A stretch of 55,408 nucleotides of DNA from Candidatus Altiarchaeota archaeon (GTDB lineage Archaea > Altiarchaeota > Altiarchaeia > IMC4 > SCGC-AAA252-I15): positions 1 to 55,408 of the forward strand of contig JBDRLL010000022.1 in the NCBI GenBank assembly GCA_043813075.1. Reading direction: 5' to 3'. Under the pieces are notes generated by a model that ran no database searches, was not told where the DNA came from, and saw only the letters and a list, made by a program, of their open reading frames with translations. Positions 29,798 through 39,720 of this stretch are shown here, one piece after another (position 1 is the first letter of the stretch; each line of letters starts with the position of its first letter). The position numbers were made by a program, and so were the translations under genes.

Positions 29798-30442
29798 ATG
29801 GAATTAAGAGGCCTAGCATTGTTGTTGATCATAGTATTGATGGCGACGCCCGCCATATCACAAGACTACAACGCCGACGACGACCCCATCTACTTTGAAG
29901 AGACGGTCAGCGAGGACACGAGCACTACAAGCTCGAGCACCAGCACCAGCAGCTCAAGCTCCTCATCAAGCAGCAGCACCGGCACCACCATACCTGAAAA
30001 AGGGGGGATGATTAGGGGCGAACGGATGCAGAAGCTCGTTGAGCTCCAGGAGGATAACGACACCGGCCCTGAACCAGAATACAATGTGGTGTGCGGCTAC
30101 ACTGAGAAGCTGTGCTCTGTCGAGAAGGATATAACCGCCGACGGAAGACCGGACTGCTGCAACAGGGAGAACAACCGCATGTGCCAGAACTGCCTGCTGA
30201 GCTGCATGAACAGGTGCGGGCGTGAAGGAGTCGGGGTTAACTCGTGCTTCATAAGCGATGATGAAGTGATATGCGAATGCAGCGACAAGCCGTCGACATG
30301 CTACAAGCAGGATACGACGAGTACACTCCCCCCGGGAACCATGACCGGTAGTGGCGAGAGGACTGGAACGTACATAATCGTCTTCATGCTGATATTGTTC
30401 TCAGCCATCGGGGCGATACTATTCCTTAGGAACGTTAGGTGA
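29798..30442 (+). CDS. Cys-rich surface protein with Ser/Thr linker and C-terminal TM anchor
   Basis: Signal peptide, poly-Ser, about 12 Cys, C-terminal TM. Confidence 0.7.
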   Translation: MELRGLALLLIIVLMATPAISQDYNADDDPIYFEETVSEDTSTTSSSTSTSSSSSSSSSSTGTTIPEKGGMIRGERMQKLVELQEDNDTGPEPEYNVVCGYTEKLCSVEKDITADGRPDCCNRENNRMCQNCLLSCMNRCGREGVGVNSCFISDDEVICECSDKPSTCYKQDTTSTLPPGTMTGSGERTGTYIIVFMLILFSAIGAILFLRNVR

Positions 30443-30444
30443 CC

Positions 30445-30978
30445 TCACCTGCTGGCCCTCCAAGCCCGGAGGACTGATGCGATTGGGGGTATGCTGAAGA
30501 AGAGCACCGACAGGTAGGATTCGACTCTTTCAGTAAAGTAAAGGTCAGCCAACAGCATCCCGCATCCGATGCCTGTCACAACACCGATTAAAGCACCCAC
30601 CAGTATGGCCTTTTTCGTGTGATAACCGAGCTTAAGCCGTGAATAGAAGTATAGGACACCTACCGGGAACATGAGTATGCTGTAGACGGGGTTCACGAAG
30701 TATGTGAAAGCCACCGCCCCCAGTGATAGGGAAGTGTGTATTGAGGGTATGTCAAAACAGAACGGCTTCACGTCGCCGTATGGCCTGGGCCGCTCTGTCT
30801 TGAGGATATGCTTTATCCCAAGCCCCAACAGCAGTGAGACTAACATGTAGATGAAGGCTATGGAGAAGACGTGCCTGGACGTGCTGACTGGTGTCGTGAA
30901 GACGTAGTAGGATGCGAATAGGAAGTAGGGGAACTCGGGCACACGGTCTATGATGTAGTATGCCTTTTCCAGGGACAT
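30445..30978 (-). CDS. PAP2 family membrane phosphatase
   Basis: K...K.ERP, PSIH, SRLKLGYH. Confidence 0.85.
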   Translation of the reverse strand: MSLEKAYYIIDRVPEFPYFLFASYYVFTTPVSTSRHVFSIAFIYMLVSLLLGLGIKHILKTERPRPYGDVKPFCFDIPSIHTSLSLGAVAFTYFVNPVYSILMFPVGVLYFYSRLKLGYHTKKAILVGALIGVVTGIGCGMLLADLYFTERVESYLSVLFFSIPPIASVLRAWRASR

Positions 30979-30979
30979 G

Positions 30980-31360
30980 TTATGTATTTGTTTTCTTTCT
31001 TAAAGCGATAGCCTTCTGCTCCCTCGCCTCAGTGTAACTTGGGTTTAGTTCAACAGCCCGTGAGTAGTCCCTGACCGCGGAATCGTAGTCCTTCAAGTAC
31101 TCGTGCATCAGCCCCCGGGTATAGTATACTTCCGCGAGGTCTGGCTTCAGTTCTATGACGCGGGTATGGTCGTCCAAAGCCTTCCTGAAATCGTTTATCC
31201 TAGTGTACGCGAGACCCCTGTTGAAGTAGGACTCTATCATGTCCGGCTTTAGGGATATTGCCTTCGTATAGTGCTCTATAGCCTTCATGAAGTCACCCAG
31301 CTTGTAGTAGTCGTTCGCTAGGTTATGCAACTCGTATTCAGGCGCTTCCTCATCATCCAA
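30980..31360 (-). CDS. TPR protein
   Basis: Three TPR repeats (AIEHYTKAISLKP, YFNRG, YYTRG). Confidence 0.9.
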   Translation of the reverse strand: MDDEEAPEYELHNLANDYYKLGDFMKAIEHYTKAISLKPDMIESYFNRGLAYTRINDFRKALDDHTRVIELKPDLAEVYYTRGLMHEYLKDYDSAVRDYSRAVELNPSYTEAREQKAIALRKKTNT

Positions 31361-31410
31361 CTAAACCACCCATGTGATAATAGATTGTTTTAAGTAAATA
31401 TAAGATGAAT

Positions 31411-31920
31411 CTAAACCTTACGATAAGCGGTTATAAGATGCCCTGCGAAGACCGATACGATAACTGCATTCAACGCCGTCAAAACAGGTAGGGTGGTGTA
31501 GGGGAGATAAAATCCTTGATTGGCGAGTATCAGGAGTGCTGTCGAAGCCATGTGGGAGGGCAGGAGGATGAGCGAGGATGACGCAATCCCAACATAGGGG
31601 ATTCCAGAGGTATGCATTAGGACCATGTATTCATTGCCCATGAGGAGGATGCTCCATGAGAGTCCGATGATGAGCTCTACAAGCCATACCCGCGTTGAAG
31701 CCCGTAAATCCATCTTATCCAGAACACCCATCCTGCCCGCGAAAGCGAGAATGAAGCAGACAAACATGAGGACATAGGATAATGCGTCTGGTGGCGTGCA
31801 CGAGCCTGTGGAAAAAGCTATCCATGCCAGTATGATAATGCCGAAAGACGCGTACATTTGCCATGGCTTAGGAGTTAAACGCAACACCAGTTCAAGCAGC
31901 TTACCCCGACTTCCGCTCAT
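31411..31920 (-). CDS. Hypothetical multi-pass membrane protein
   Basis: Four to five hydrophobic helices; overlaps the end of mazG. Confidence 0.6.
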   Translation of the reverse strand: MSGSRGKLLELVLRLTPKPWQMYASFGIIILAWIAFSTGSCTPPDALSYVLMFVCFILAFAGRMGVLDKMDLRASTRVWLVELIIGLSWSILLMGNEYMVLMHTSGIPYVGIASSSLILLPSHMASTALLILANQGFYLPYTTLPVLTALNAVIVSVFAGHLITAYRKV

Positions 31921-32278
31921 CCTCCTTTATCCTCCGATACAACTCCATGACCTGCTCAGAAGTCTCAGCCCTAGCATCCCCGAATACGTGAGGATGCCTG
32001 CGGACTATCTTGTCCCTTAGGCCGCGCATAACGTCGTCGATAGTGAATAGCCCTTCTTCTTCCGCTATCCGGGATATGAATATCACATGCCAGAGCAGGT
32101 CCCCCAGCTCTTCCTTCAGGTTCTCATAGTCCTTACGTTCTATCGCATCCAACGCTTCCCCTGATTCTTCCTTGAGGTACTTACTGAAGTCGCCTATAGT
32201 CTGCTCCCTGTCCCAAGGGCATCCGTCAGGACCCCTCATCCGCTCCATTATCGAGACTAACTCGCTGAACAAGACCAT
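31901..32278 (-). CDS. mazG: Single-domain MazG nucleotide pyrophosphohydrolase
   Basis: GCPWDREQT, EELGDLL, RRHPHVFG. Confidence 0.92.
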   Translation of the reverse strand: MVLFSELVSIMERMRGPDGCPWDREQTIGDFSKYLKEESGEALDAIERKDYENLKEELGDLLWHVIFISRIAEEEGLFTIDDVMRGLRDKIVRRHPHVFGDARAETSEQVMELYRRIKEDERKSG

Positions 32279-32311
32279 TATTTTAATTGATTTACGGTAA
32301 TGATTTAATTA

Positions 32312-34018
32312 ATGAGGTATTTCACCCTAATCCTGGTCTTGATTTTGCTTTCAGGATTCTCGTCGAGTGAAGAGCTTTTGTCTAAGGAGTGGGAGTACCA
32401 CCTGAACAGTGGTGCGGGGGACATAACAATATTCGACTTGAGCGGCGAGGGTGTTCCGGAGATTTATGCCGTGAGCTATCACCCTACGAGAAGCTCAATA
32501 AGCGTGATAGACCCGGAGGGATTCCTGATATACGACATGCAGCTCCCAAGGTATATGAACTACCTGTACACTACAGAGGAGATTAAGATAGCGTACGTCG
32601 ACAACATAGACGATGACCCGTATCTCGACATATTCTCGGCATCTGAGATACACACTGGCGGCATAAACCTACACTACTTATATGGTGTTGAGAGGGAGCC
32701 TGAGAGGGGGTTGGACAGGTACTACAACAGGGTAAAGTGGCAGACAAAGGAGTCTGGACTCCCCACGAGAATCCGGTCGATGGATTATGAAGGCAAGAGG
32801 AGGATTATAACCAGCTCGATAGACCATAACATCAGGGTATTCAATGATGAGGGCGTGGTTATAGCGGAAGAGTTGATGGAGGGTAGCGTTTGGGATGTCT
32901 TCCCAGCCAACCTGGATGATGACGAGAAGACAGAGTATGTGGCTGGCGTGTACAAGCAGATCGTCGCATTAGACGATAACTGGCAGCCCATGTGGACGTA
33001 CCCGACTGAGGAGAGATTCAGGAAGGTACTTGCAGCGGACATAGACGAGGACGGGAAGCCGGAAGTCCTTGGGATGGACGAAGACGGCCTGACCGCGTTC
33101 ACGAGGACTGGGGATAAGCTCTGGAGTTTTAAGGCTGAGGGTGGGGTGGACTTGAGTACGCTCCAGATATATGGTGGGGGTGTGAAGAGCATAGTTCTCG
33201 CCACAAGGGATAAGCTCTACTTCATAGACGAGAATGGGGCTGAGATATGGAGTTACGATGTTAACGACATAATCCTCTCTTTCGCTAGACTGTACGTTAA
33301 GGGTCAGGGGCACATGCTCGTCGGGACTAACGACAACATCATGTCGTTCAAGGTGAATGAAAGGTACTTCAAGGAGATGGACTCCAAGACCTCGATGAGT
33401 CTTGCGACAAACTACTACAAGTCAGGGAAATACGCTGATGCTATTGAATACGCTGAGAAAGCCAAGAAGCTCTTCAACGAACTGGGGGAATTCGAGTCCT
33501 ACAAGAAGGCGGACAAGATAATCCTCGATTCTAAGACCATACTTGACGCTGAAGCCAACTACGCGAAGTCTCTGGAATATTATAAGAACGGGGATTTCGA
33601 GAGGAGCGCCCAATTCGCCAACATGGCCATCACACTCTTCAGGAAGATGTCGATGGATGATGGCGTGAAAAAGACGAAGGATATCCTGGCGAACATGGAG
33701 GACAAGGAGAAGGCTGATGGATACTATGATGAGGCTGAAAAACTGTTCCTGAATAACGAGTTCGGGAAGGCGACAGAACTCGTGGACAAGGCGATTGAGA
33801 TATATACCCGGCTTAACGACCAGGATGCCTTAACAAAGACGACTTCCTTGAAGAACCTTGTGACGTCACACTATACGACCACCACACAGAGGACTGTTGT
33901 GACCACGACAATACCCGAGAGGGGCATTACCCAGGATGACCTGATAATGTACGGCGCCCTAGGACTAAGTGTCCTGTTCGTTCTCATAGCAGCATCAACA
34001 ATACTGAAAAAAAGCTGA
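32312..34018 (+). CDS. Surface protein: FG-GAP/PQQ-like beta-propeller, TPR-like helices, C-terminal TM
   Basis: Signal peptide, DxDxDGxxE repeats, W-ending blades, helical repeats, Thr linker and TM. Confidence 0.75.
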   Translation: MRYFTLILVLILLSGFSSSEELLSKEWEYHLNSGAGDITIFDLSGEGVPEIYAVSYHPTRSSISVIDPEGFLIYDMQLPRYMNYLYTTEEIKIAYVDNIDDDPYLDIFSASEIHTGGINLHYLYGVEREPERGLDRYYNRVKWQTKESGLPTRIRSMDYEGKRRIITSSIDHNIRVFNDEGVVIAEELMEGSVWDVFPANLDDDEKTEYVAGVYKQIVALDDNWQPMWTYPTEERFRKVLAADIDEDGKPEVLGMDEDGLTAFTRTGDKLWSFKAEGGVDLSTLQIYGGGVKSIVLATRDKLYFIDENGAEIWSYDVNDIILSFARLYVKGQGHMLVGTNDNIMSFKVNERYFKEMDSKTSMSLATNYYKSGKYADAIEYAEKAKKLFNELGEFESYKKADKIILDSKTILDAEANYAKSLEYYKNGDFERSAQFANMAITLFRKMSMDDGVKKTKDILANMEDKEKADGYYDEAEKLFLNNEFGKATELVDKAIEIYTRLNDQDALTKTTSLKNLVTSHYTTTTQRTVVTTTIPERGITQDDLIMYGALGLSVLFVLIAASTILKKS

Positions 34019-34032
34019 AAACCGGGCCAGAA

Positions 34033-34125
34033 CTACTTCTTCTTCAGGTGGCGCATCTTTTTCCTGCGCTTCTTAAGCTTGTGCTTGCGCATCTTCTGCA
34101 GCTTCCTTTTCCTTCCGCATGGCAT
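34033..34125 (-). CDS. 30-aa basic protein, bS22/mS38 (AURKAIP1/COX24)-like
   Basis: MPCGRKRKLQKMRKHKLKKRRKKMRHLKKK; C-terminal part of a spurious 72-aa track ORF; AT-rich promoter-like region just upstream. Confidence 0.8.
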   Translation of the reverse strand: MPCGRKRKLQKMRKHKLKKRRKKMRHLKKK

Positions 34126-34171
34126 GGAATAAACAATAGTTTTTAAGAATAAAAATAGATATCTAACGCCG

Positions 34172-34381
34172 ATGAGCCTTATAGACGACGTTATGGAGAG
34201 GTATAGGCAACTGGACGAGGTTGACAGGAGCAGGCTTAGAATAGGGATCATAGGGATTATCCTGGTGATCTACGTCATACTCAAGATCGGGGATAGTTTT
34301 GAGGTTATAGGCAATTTATTCAGCTCAGGCAAGGACCTGGCCAACCAGAGCGTTAGCAACTTGAATAGCCTCGGAAAATAG
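34172..34381 (+). CDS. Small single-TM membrane protein
   Basis: 69 aa, one hydrophobic helix. Confidence 0.6.
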   Translation: MSLIDDVMERYRQLDEVDRSRLRIGIIGIILVIYVILKIGDSFEVIGNLFSSGKDLANQSVSNLNSLGK

Positions 34382-35200
34382 TCATGGGATTATAACGCTC
34401 CCGTAACCCACTACCTGCGAGTAGTCTCCGCTGGTTTCTCCTGAAGTCATGTACTTAACGAGTTCGCCACCAGTCGAACCGAGCATCCTGCAGACCTCGA
34501 TGGTGACTGCGACAGGACCGTAGCCGCACATTGTTATGCGCCTGCCGCGTATTTCCTCGAACAATAGCCTTGAATCCAGGCTGAGTATGGCGTCTAGGGC
34601 AGCAGCATCCTTCTCCACCGCAACATCATGCGGCTCGTAGTGGGTGAAGTCGGTGCTTGCAACAACAGTAACCCTCGTGTCAACGCGAGACAAAACCTTT
34701 GAAATCGACTCCGCGACTTGGATGCACACGTCAAGGTAATTCTCGTCCGGAAGATAGTGTTTTACGGATATGGGGATTATCTGGAAGTCTCTGCCAGCGT
34801 ACTGCATGAACGGGAGCTGAACTTCGATAGAATGCTCCCTTGAGTGAGCCAACTCATCCTCATAGAGTACGCCAGAGTTCTTGAACAACTCCTTCGCGAG
34901 TGTTGAATCCACCCTCACTTCGCCGAAAGGCATGTTCCATACCCCCTCAGTCATTATGCTGAAGTCTGGGCCCATACCATGATGGTTAGGCCCCAGGATT
35001 ATGTATGTGTCTGGTGTTTTTATGCGGGAGTACACTGCTCCCGCGGCTGGCCCGGAGTAAGTGAATCCTGCATGAGGTGACACTATCCCCCGTGCGTCAA
35101 TCCTTTCCTGAGACAGGTCTATGAATTCCGCGACTTGCTGCTCCAGCATCCTGGAGTCATAGGGGTAGAATTGCCCCGCTACCGCAGGCTGTCTTAACAT
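34382..35200 (-). CDS. MEMO1 family protein (AmmeMemoRadiSam protein B)
   Basis: RQPAVAGQFYP, PHAG..YSG, GPNH, EHSIEVQLPF, STDFTHY, TMCGYGP, VVGY. Confidence 0.93.
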   Translation of the reverse strand: MLRQPAVAGQFYPYDSRMLEQQVAEFIDLSQERIDARGIVSPHAGFTYSGPAAGAVYSRIKTPDTYIILGPNHHGMGPDFSIMTEGVWNMPFGEVRVDSTLAKELFKNSGVLYEDELAHSREHSIEVQLPFMQYAGRDFQIIPISVKHYLPDENYLDVCIQVAESISKVLSRVDTRVTVVASTDFTHYEPHDVAVEKDAAALDAILSLDSRLLFEEIRGRRITMCGYGPVAVTIEVCRMLGSTGGELVKYMTSGETSGDYSQVVGYGSVIIP

Positions 35201-35237
35201 GGTACCTTATTTAATATCTGGGCTTAAATTATTATTC

Positions 35238-35435
35238 ATGGCTGAAATACCACTTGCACCGGTAGAGAGGATATTGCGGAAGGTTAACATAGACCGTGTT
35301 GGGGAAGACGCTGTTGTTGAACTCAGGAATATTATCGAAGAGTATGCCATAGGAGTGGGCGAGCGTGCAGCTAAATTGGCTAAGCATGCTGGCAGGGTGA
35401 CGTTGAAGGCTGATGACATCAAACTTGCCAGATAG
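35238..35435 (+). CDS. Archaeal histone (HMf-like)
   Basis: MAEIPLAPVERI...RV...AKHAGRVTLKADDIKLA. Confidence 0.95.
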   Translation: MAEIPLAPVERILRKVNIDRVGEDAVVELRNIIEEYAIGVGERAAKLAKHAGRVTLKADDIKLAR

Positions 35436-36294
35436 GAGGGTATTTTCGGGCATATGCATCATGCTCATTGTCATAACGGGCCTAGCGTGCATTAACAAGC
35501 CAAGCTACGTTTGCTATGACGGTAGAGTGGTCTCTGACCGTAACGAATGCCCTAGACACGTCTGCAGTGATGGGAGTGTTGCCGCTTCAAGCGAGTTATG
35601 CCCCAAGGATGATGCGGTGGATGAATGGGATGTTACGACGACTCTTCCGCCCGTGTTGCCGAGCATAATGCCTCTAGCCAATATTTCTGAGGATGGGCCT
35701 GGAATCTATTATAGGGCGTATCATACTGCGTTGATGTTTGGGGATTTCGATAGATGGATCCTTTTCCTGAGTGAGGACTACTCCCTGAAACTGAATGACA
35801 GCGTGAAGGCGAGACTATTCTTTGAGAGGCTGAGGACCGACAGCCCAATGAACATAACAGTTGAGCGTGAGATGATCCAGGGAGATCTCGCGTTATTAAG
35901 GGTTTCAGGTAATGGCAAGATAATGACGTTACGAGACACGACAGAGATGAACGGGGAGATAAGCATGATAAGGGAGGACGGCAGATGGAAAGTCAACAGC
36001 GAGTCCTGGAAGATAGACAATGGAAGTGTCGAGGACTTGTGGAAGATGGAGTATCACTGCAACAACCTTAAGCACTTTAACGAGTGCTATAAGCTGGATG
36101 ATGTCGAGAAGAACAAATGCATCTCCTGCTTCGCAAAGCTTGATGACAAACCAGGCATGTGCGAACAAGTGGTGGTAGCCGACTCTAGGGACGACTGCTA
36201 CAAGTATTTCGCATACACTACTGGAGAAATAAAATACTGCAAGGAGATGAGCACAATAGACAGGATTAACAGCTGTCTTGATGTAATCAGATAG
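35413..36294 (+). CDS. Cys-rich putative lipoprotein (CxDGxxV repeats)
   Basis: GLAC lipobox-like, CYDGRVV/CSDGSVA, C-terminal Cys repeats. Start uncertain (overlaps the histone gene). Confidence 0.65.
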   Translation: MTSNLPDRRVFSGICIMLIVITGLACINKPSYVCYDGRVVSDRNECPRHVCSDGSVAASSELCPKDDAVDEWDVTTTLPPVLPSIMPLANISEDGPGIYYRAYHTALMFGDFDRWILFLSEDYSLKLNDSVKARLFFERLRTDSPMNITVEREMIQGDLALLRVSGNGKIMTLRDTTEMNGEISMIREDGRWKVNSESWKIDNGSVEDLWKMEYHCNNLKHFNECYKLDDVEKNKCISCFAKLDDKPGMCEQVVVADSRDDCYKYFAYTTGEIKYCKEMSTIDRINSCLDVIR

Positions 36295-36297
36295 CGG

Positions 36298-37518
36298 CTA
36301 CTCGGAATAGATGGTGTTGCTGACAATGCTCGCAGCATCTATGAATGAGTTGGGAAATATGCTCCTCCCAGGCAGTATGCTGACGTTTATCCCCGTCTTG
36401 ACGTTGTCGCCCATTATGCAGCCGAACTTGCGCCTTCCAGAGCCCACCATCTTGTGCTTAACCTCTATCTTGACTTCATGGTTGTCAAAACGGAGGTTAG
36501 CCACCTTGGTTCCGGCACCGAAATTGCAGTTCTCACCTATAATCGAATCGCCGACATAACTCAGATGGCCGATATGGGTGTTCGACATGATTATGCTGTT
36601 CTTGACTTCCACTGCATTCCCTATCCTACAATTGTTCATGACTGCAGTATACGGGCGGATATAGCAATTCGGCCCTACGTCACACCCATCCCCAATGTAT
36701 ACGGGACCCTCGATGTACGCCCCCGACCGTATTACGGTTCCACTGCCAACATGCACGTCACCCTTCAGCACGGCGTAATCCTCTATCACAGCATCCTTGC
36801 TTTTCACCAGTTTGATGGACTTCATGATGATCTCGTTGGCGTCCAACAGGTTCCACGGAAGGCCTATGTCTATCCACTGGCCGGCGCACTCGTACCCGCA
36901 GACTTCATCCTTTTTTATGAGCTTCTTTATCGCGTCAGTTAGCTCGTACTCGTTCCTGCTTGATTTCCTCAGCGAATCGAGTATATCGAATATTCCCGTG
37001 TTGAAGACGTACACTCCCGCGTTAGCGAGCCTGCTCTTCGGCTTACTTGGTTTTTCCTGCAGGGAGATTACTTTGCCGCGTTTCACCTCCACTATACCGT
37101 ATGAACTAGGGTCTTTGACTTCGACCAGGGACATCGACGCCCCCGACTTTCCTTTCCGATGCTTCTCCAGAAGCGTGGATAACAGTGACTTGGTTAGGAA
37201 CAGGTCTCCGTTAAGCACGAGGAACTCGCCCCGCACCTTGTCTTTGACTGTCATCAATGCGTTTCCAGTGCCAGACTGGTGTTTTTGGACCACATAGTGG
37301 ATGCTAACCCCCCGGAACTTGCTGCCAAAATAGGATTCGATGACGTCGCGCTTGTATCCGACCACGATATACGCGTTCTTGACTCCGACACAGTCCAAAG
37401 CCTCGAGATTCCACTCCATTATTGGCTTCCCGGCTATGGGGAGCATCGGCTTGGGCCGGGTCGTAGTTAAAGGCCTTAACCTCGTCCCTTCCCCTGCGGC
37501 AAGTACGACAGCATCCAT
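36298..37518 (-). CDS. glmU: Bifunctional sugar-1-phosphate nucleotidyltransferase/acetyltransferase (archaeal GlmU)
   Basis: LAAGEGTRLRPLT..RPKPM, hexapeptide repeats, HLSYVGDS, ANLRFD. Confidence 0.9.
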   Translation of the reverse strand: MDAVVLAAGEGTRLRPLTTTRPKPMLPIAGKPIMEWNLEALDCVGVKNAYIVVGYKRDVIESYFGSKFRGVSIHYVVQKHQSGTGNALMTVKDKVRGEFLVLNGDLFLTKSLLSTLLEKHRKGKSGASMSLVEVKDPSSYGIVEVKRGKVISLQEKPSKPKSRLANAGVYVFNTGIFDILDSLRKSSRNEYELTDAIKKLIKKDEVCGYECAGQWIDIGLPWNLLDANEIIMKSIKLVKSKDAVIEDYAVLKGDVHVGSGTVIRSGAYIEGPVYIGDGCDVGPNCYIRPYTAVMNNCRIGNAVEVKNSIIMSNTHIGHLSYVGDSIIGENCNFGAGTKVANLRFDNHEVKIEVKHKMVGSGRRKFGCIMGDNVKTGINVSILPGRSIFPNSFIDAASIVSNTIYSE

Positions 37519-37554
37519 GGTTAGATATCACAGAGTAATGTTAAATAATATAAA

Positions 37555-38805
37555 CTATACTGCAAGCCGGAATAACGCCGTCATAGATGCATTATCATAT
37601 CCGTCGTTTATTGTGCCAGGCCGCACGCCCTTCCCAGGGCCGTCAAAATGAAGGCTTGCAGTATTAACTTCTCTCGCCTCTGACTTGCCTGCACCCTCAA
37701 CCATTACGGGGACTATACGGCATCCCGAATCCTCCCCCAGGGACTTGAGCTCGTCTTCGCTGAAGTGGTGGAGGTAGCATACTGGACCTGGCCCGCCCAC
37801 AGTATACAAGTGTTCTCCAGGACTTGTGCCGCCGAGTATTCCCCTGTGTTCTGGGGGGAGTGCTTCAATGAACCTTGCCCGGACTTCATCATTCTTCCTG
37901 GTTCGTGGGGTGAAGAATCCTCCGCTATTGTTAACGTTGAGTAATATGAATCCTCCTTCAACCAGTATGCCCGCAAAATTAGCCATAACCTGTAGCCTGT
38001 TTTCTCTTCCTGGCACGTGTCCGATGGTGTCGTCCAGGCATATTACGGCATTAACTTTTCTTCCTGCAGGTATTCCTTTGAGAAGGTTGGCTTCCACAAC
38101 CTCCTCCAACCCTTTGCCTCTAGCAGCCTTGACCATTGCGGGAGATATGTCGCTTCCACTGAACCAGCAGTCGACTCCACTATCCCTTAGGCGCGTCATT
38201 ATGCCAACAGTCCTCTCTGCATCAGCGCACCCTGCGTCATGAACTCCGATCCTGCCACCCGCCGAGCCTGCAACAGTACGCAAAGCCTCGACAACCATTG
38301 CATCAACAGACCTCCTGTTAGCCATGGAATCAGGCCCGTGCTCGGCACTATAGTGCTTGGCTCGCTCAGTGAAGGAAACATCATTAAGCTTTATCAAGGC
38401 ATCGGCACCGGTCAACCCGGTTCTTGCCGCGAAGTTGACGAACACCATCCAGTTCTCGATTATCTGGCCGTACTGCCAGTCCAGCTGGCCTCCGGATGAG
38501 GCGAGAGCGCCTATCACAGTGTTAGCAGCAGGGTTAAGGGAACCTGTACTTCCTGCGAACAATTCTCCTGCACGCGCCCTTAGCCTGGCCTCAATCTCTG
38601 CGGGGGGAACACTCTTCCAGTCAACAGTAGAACAAACCATCTGGGGGTGGATTACCATTGGGATTCCACCAGGATCCCCTCCACGACCGCCGCCAGAGCC
38701 TCTTTCCAGATGACCGTACTCCACCTCCCTGAAAGGCTGCTTCGGGGGCTTGGGGATATGTGGCCTGCGTCTGTTGGCTTCGTCAGGATCTTCGTGTTTG
38801 CTCAT
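37555..38805 (-). CDS. Class I SAM-dependent methyltransferase with ~150-aa N-terminal extension
   Basis: VHDAGCADA, GSDISPAMV, ICL..TIGHVP, LVEGG, YLHHFS. Confidence 0.75.
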   Translation of the reverse strand: MSKHEDPDEANRRRPHIPKPPKQPFREVEYGHLERGSGGGRGGDPGGIPMVIHPQMVCSTVDWKSVPPAEIEARLRARAGELFAGSTGSLNPAANTVIGALASSGGQLDWQYGQIIENWMVFVNFAARTGLTGADALIKLNDVSFTERAKHYSAEHGPDSMANRRSVDAMVVEALRTVAGSAGGRIGVHDAGCADAERTVGIMTRLRDSGVDCWFSGSDISPAMVKAARGKGLEEVVEANLLKGIPAGRKVNAVICLDDTIGHVPGRENRLQVMANFAGILVEGGFILLNVNNSGGFFTPRTRKNDEVRARFIEALPPEHRGILGGTSPGEHLYTVGGPGPVCYLHHFSEDELKSLGEDSGCRIVPVMVEGAGKSEAREVNTASLHFDGPGKGVRPGTINDGYDNASMTALFRLAV

Positions 38806-38877
38806 GCTATGTATATTCTATGCTGGAAAACCATAAATACGCTGGATTTAAGCAAATCATGAGTATGGTATAACATA

Positions 38878-39720
38878 ATGTCGAAATACCTGAGGGATGA
38901 TGATGAACGCCTTAAAGACAGGGTTAGGAAAACCTCTGTTGACAGTAGTGTCCACCCAGATAGGAAGGTAGAGCAGGGCGTGCCCCTGATAGGCGACTCG
39001 AGTAGAGAGACAATCCAGGAGAGTGCGAGAGCCATCCCAACGTATAGGAGAACCCGGCTTTCAGGGAGGGCTGTAAGCGTATACAACCAGATACTGATGG
39101 AGATGATGACTTCAACATCCCGCCAGGCCTTAGAGCAGAAGCCAGAGGGAAGTAGCGTTTCATTCGTTGATATCGGAGGGGGTGGTGTAAAGTTCTCCAA
39201 GAATCTGGAGACTCTGAGGGATCTTGGCGTCCCAGTGGGAGACATCACCGTCATAGACATCAGCAGACAAAAACTCGATAATGCGAGAGAGAACGGTTAC
39301 GAGCCGAGGGGCTTCCAAAATGTGCGGTATATAGAGGGTGACGTAACTAGCCCTGACTTCAGGACAGAGACTCGCGGAGACGTGGTGAACTGTGTCGACG
39401 TTCTCGAGCACCTGAGGGACCCTGCTCTAGCAATGCGTAGGATACATGATATGTCAGACGGTTTTGCGATAATCTCATCGCCTAATGAGCCATTGTTCCG
39501 TCTTTCAACCCTAGCCGTCGCATTGGTGAAGCCGGATTACCCTGACAGGTGGACGTTTATAAAACGCCTTGGCCTGGATCCGGAGCACGTTCAGACGTTC
39601 GGCAGGCGGAGCTTCAGGCATCTCGCTGAGGACGCTGGATTTGAAGTCCAGAGGGATGCGACGCCAGACCAGTTCCTAAGAAGATGGGCGACGCTACAGC
39701 TAAGGAAAAAAGGAGACTAG
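38878..39720 (+). CDS. Class I SAM-dependent methyltransferase with charged N-terminal extension
   Basis: FVDIGGGG, IDIS, CVDVLEHLRDP, SPNEPLFR, PEHVQTF. Confidence 0.8.
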   Translation: MSKYLRDDDERLKDRVRKTSVDSSVHPDRKVEQGVPLIGDSSRETIQESARAIPTYRRTRLSGRAVSVYNQILMEMMTSTSRQALEQKPEGSSVSFVDIGGGGVKFSKNLETLRDLGVPVGDITVIDISRQKLDNARENGYEPRGFQNVRYIEGDVTSPDFRTETRGDVVNCVDVLEHLRDPALAMRRIHDMSDGFAIISSPNEPLFRLSTLAVALVKPDYPDRWTFIKRLGLDPEHVQTFGRRSFRHLAEDAGFEVQRDATPDQFLRRWATLQLRKKGD

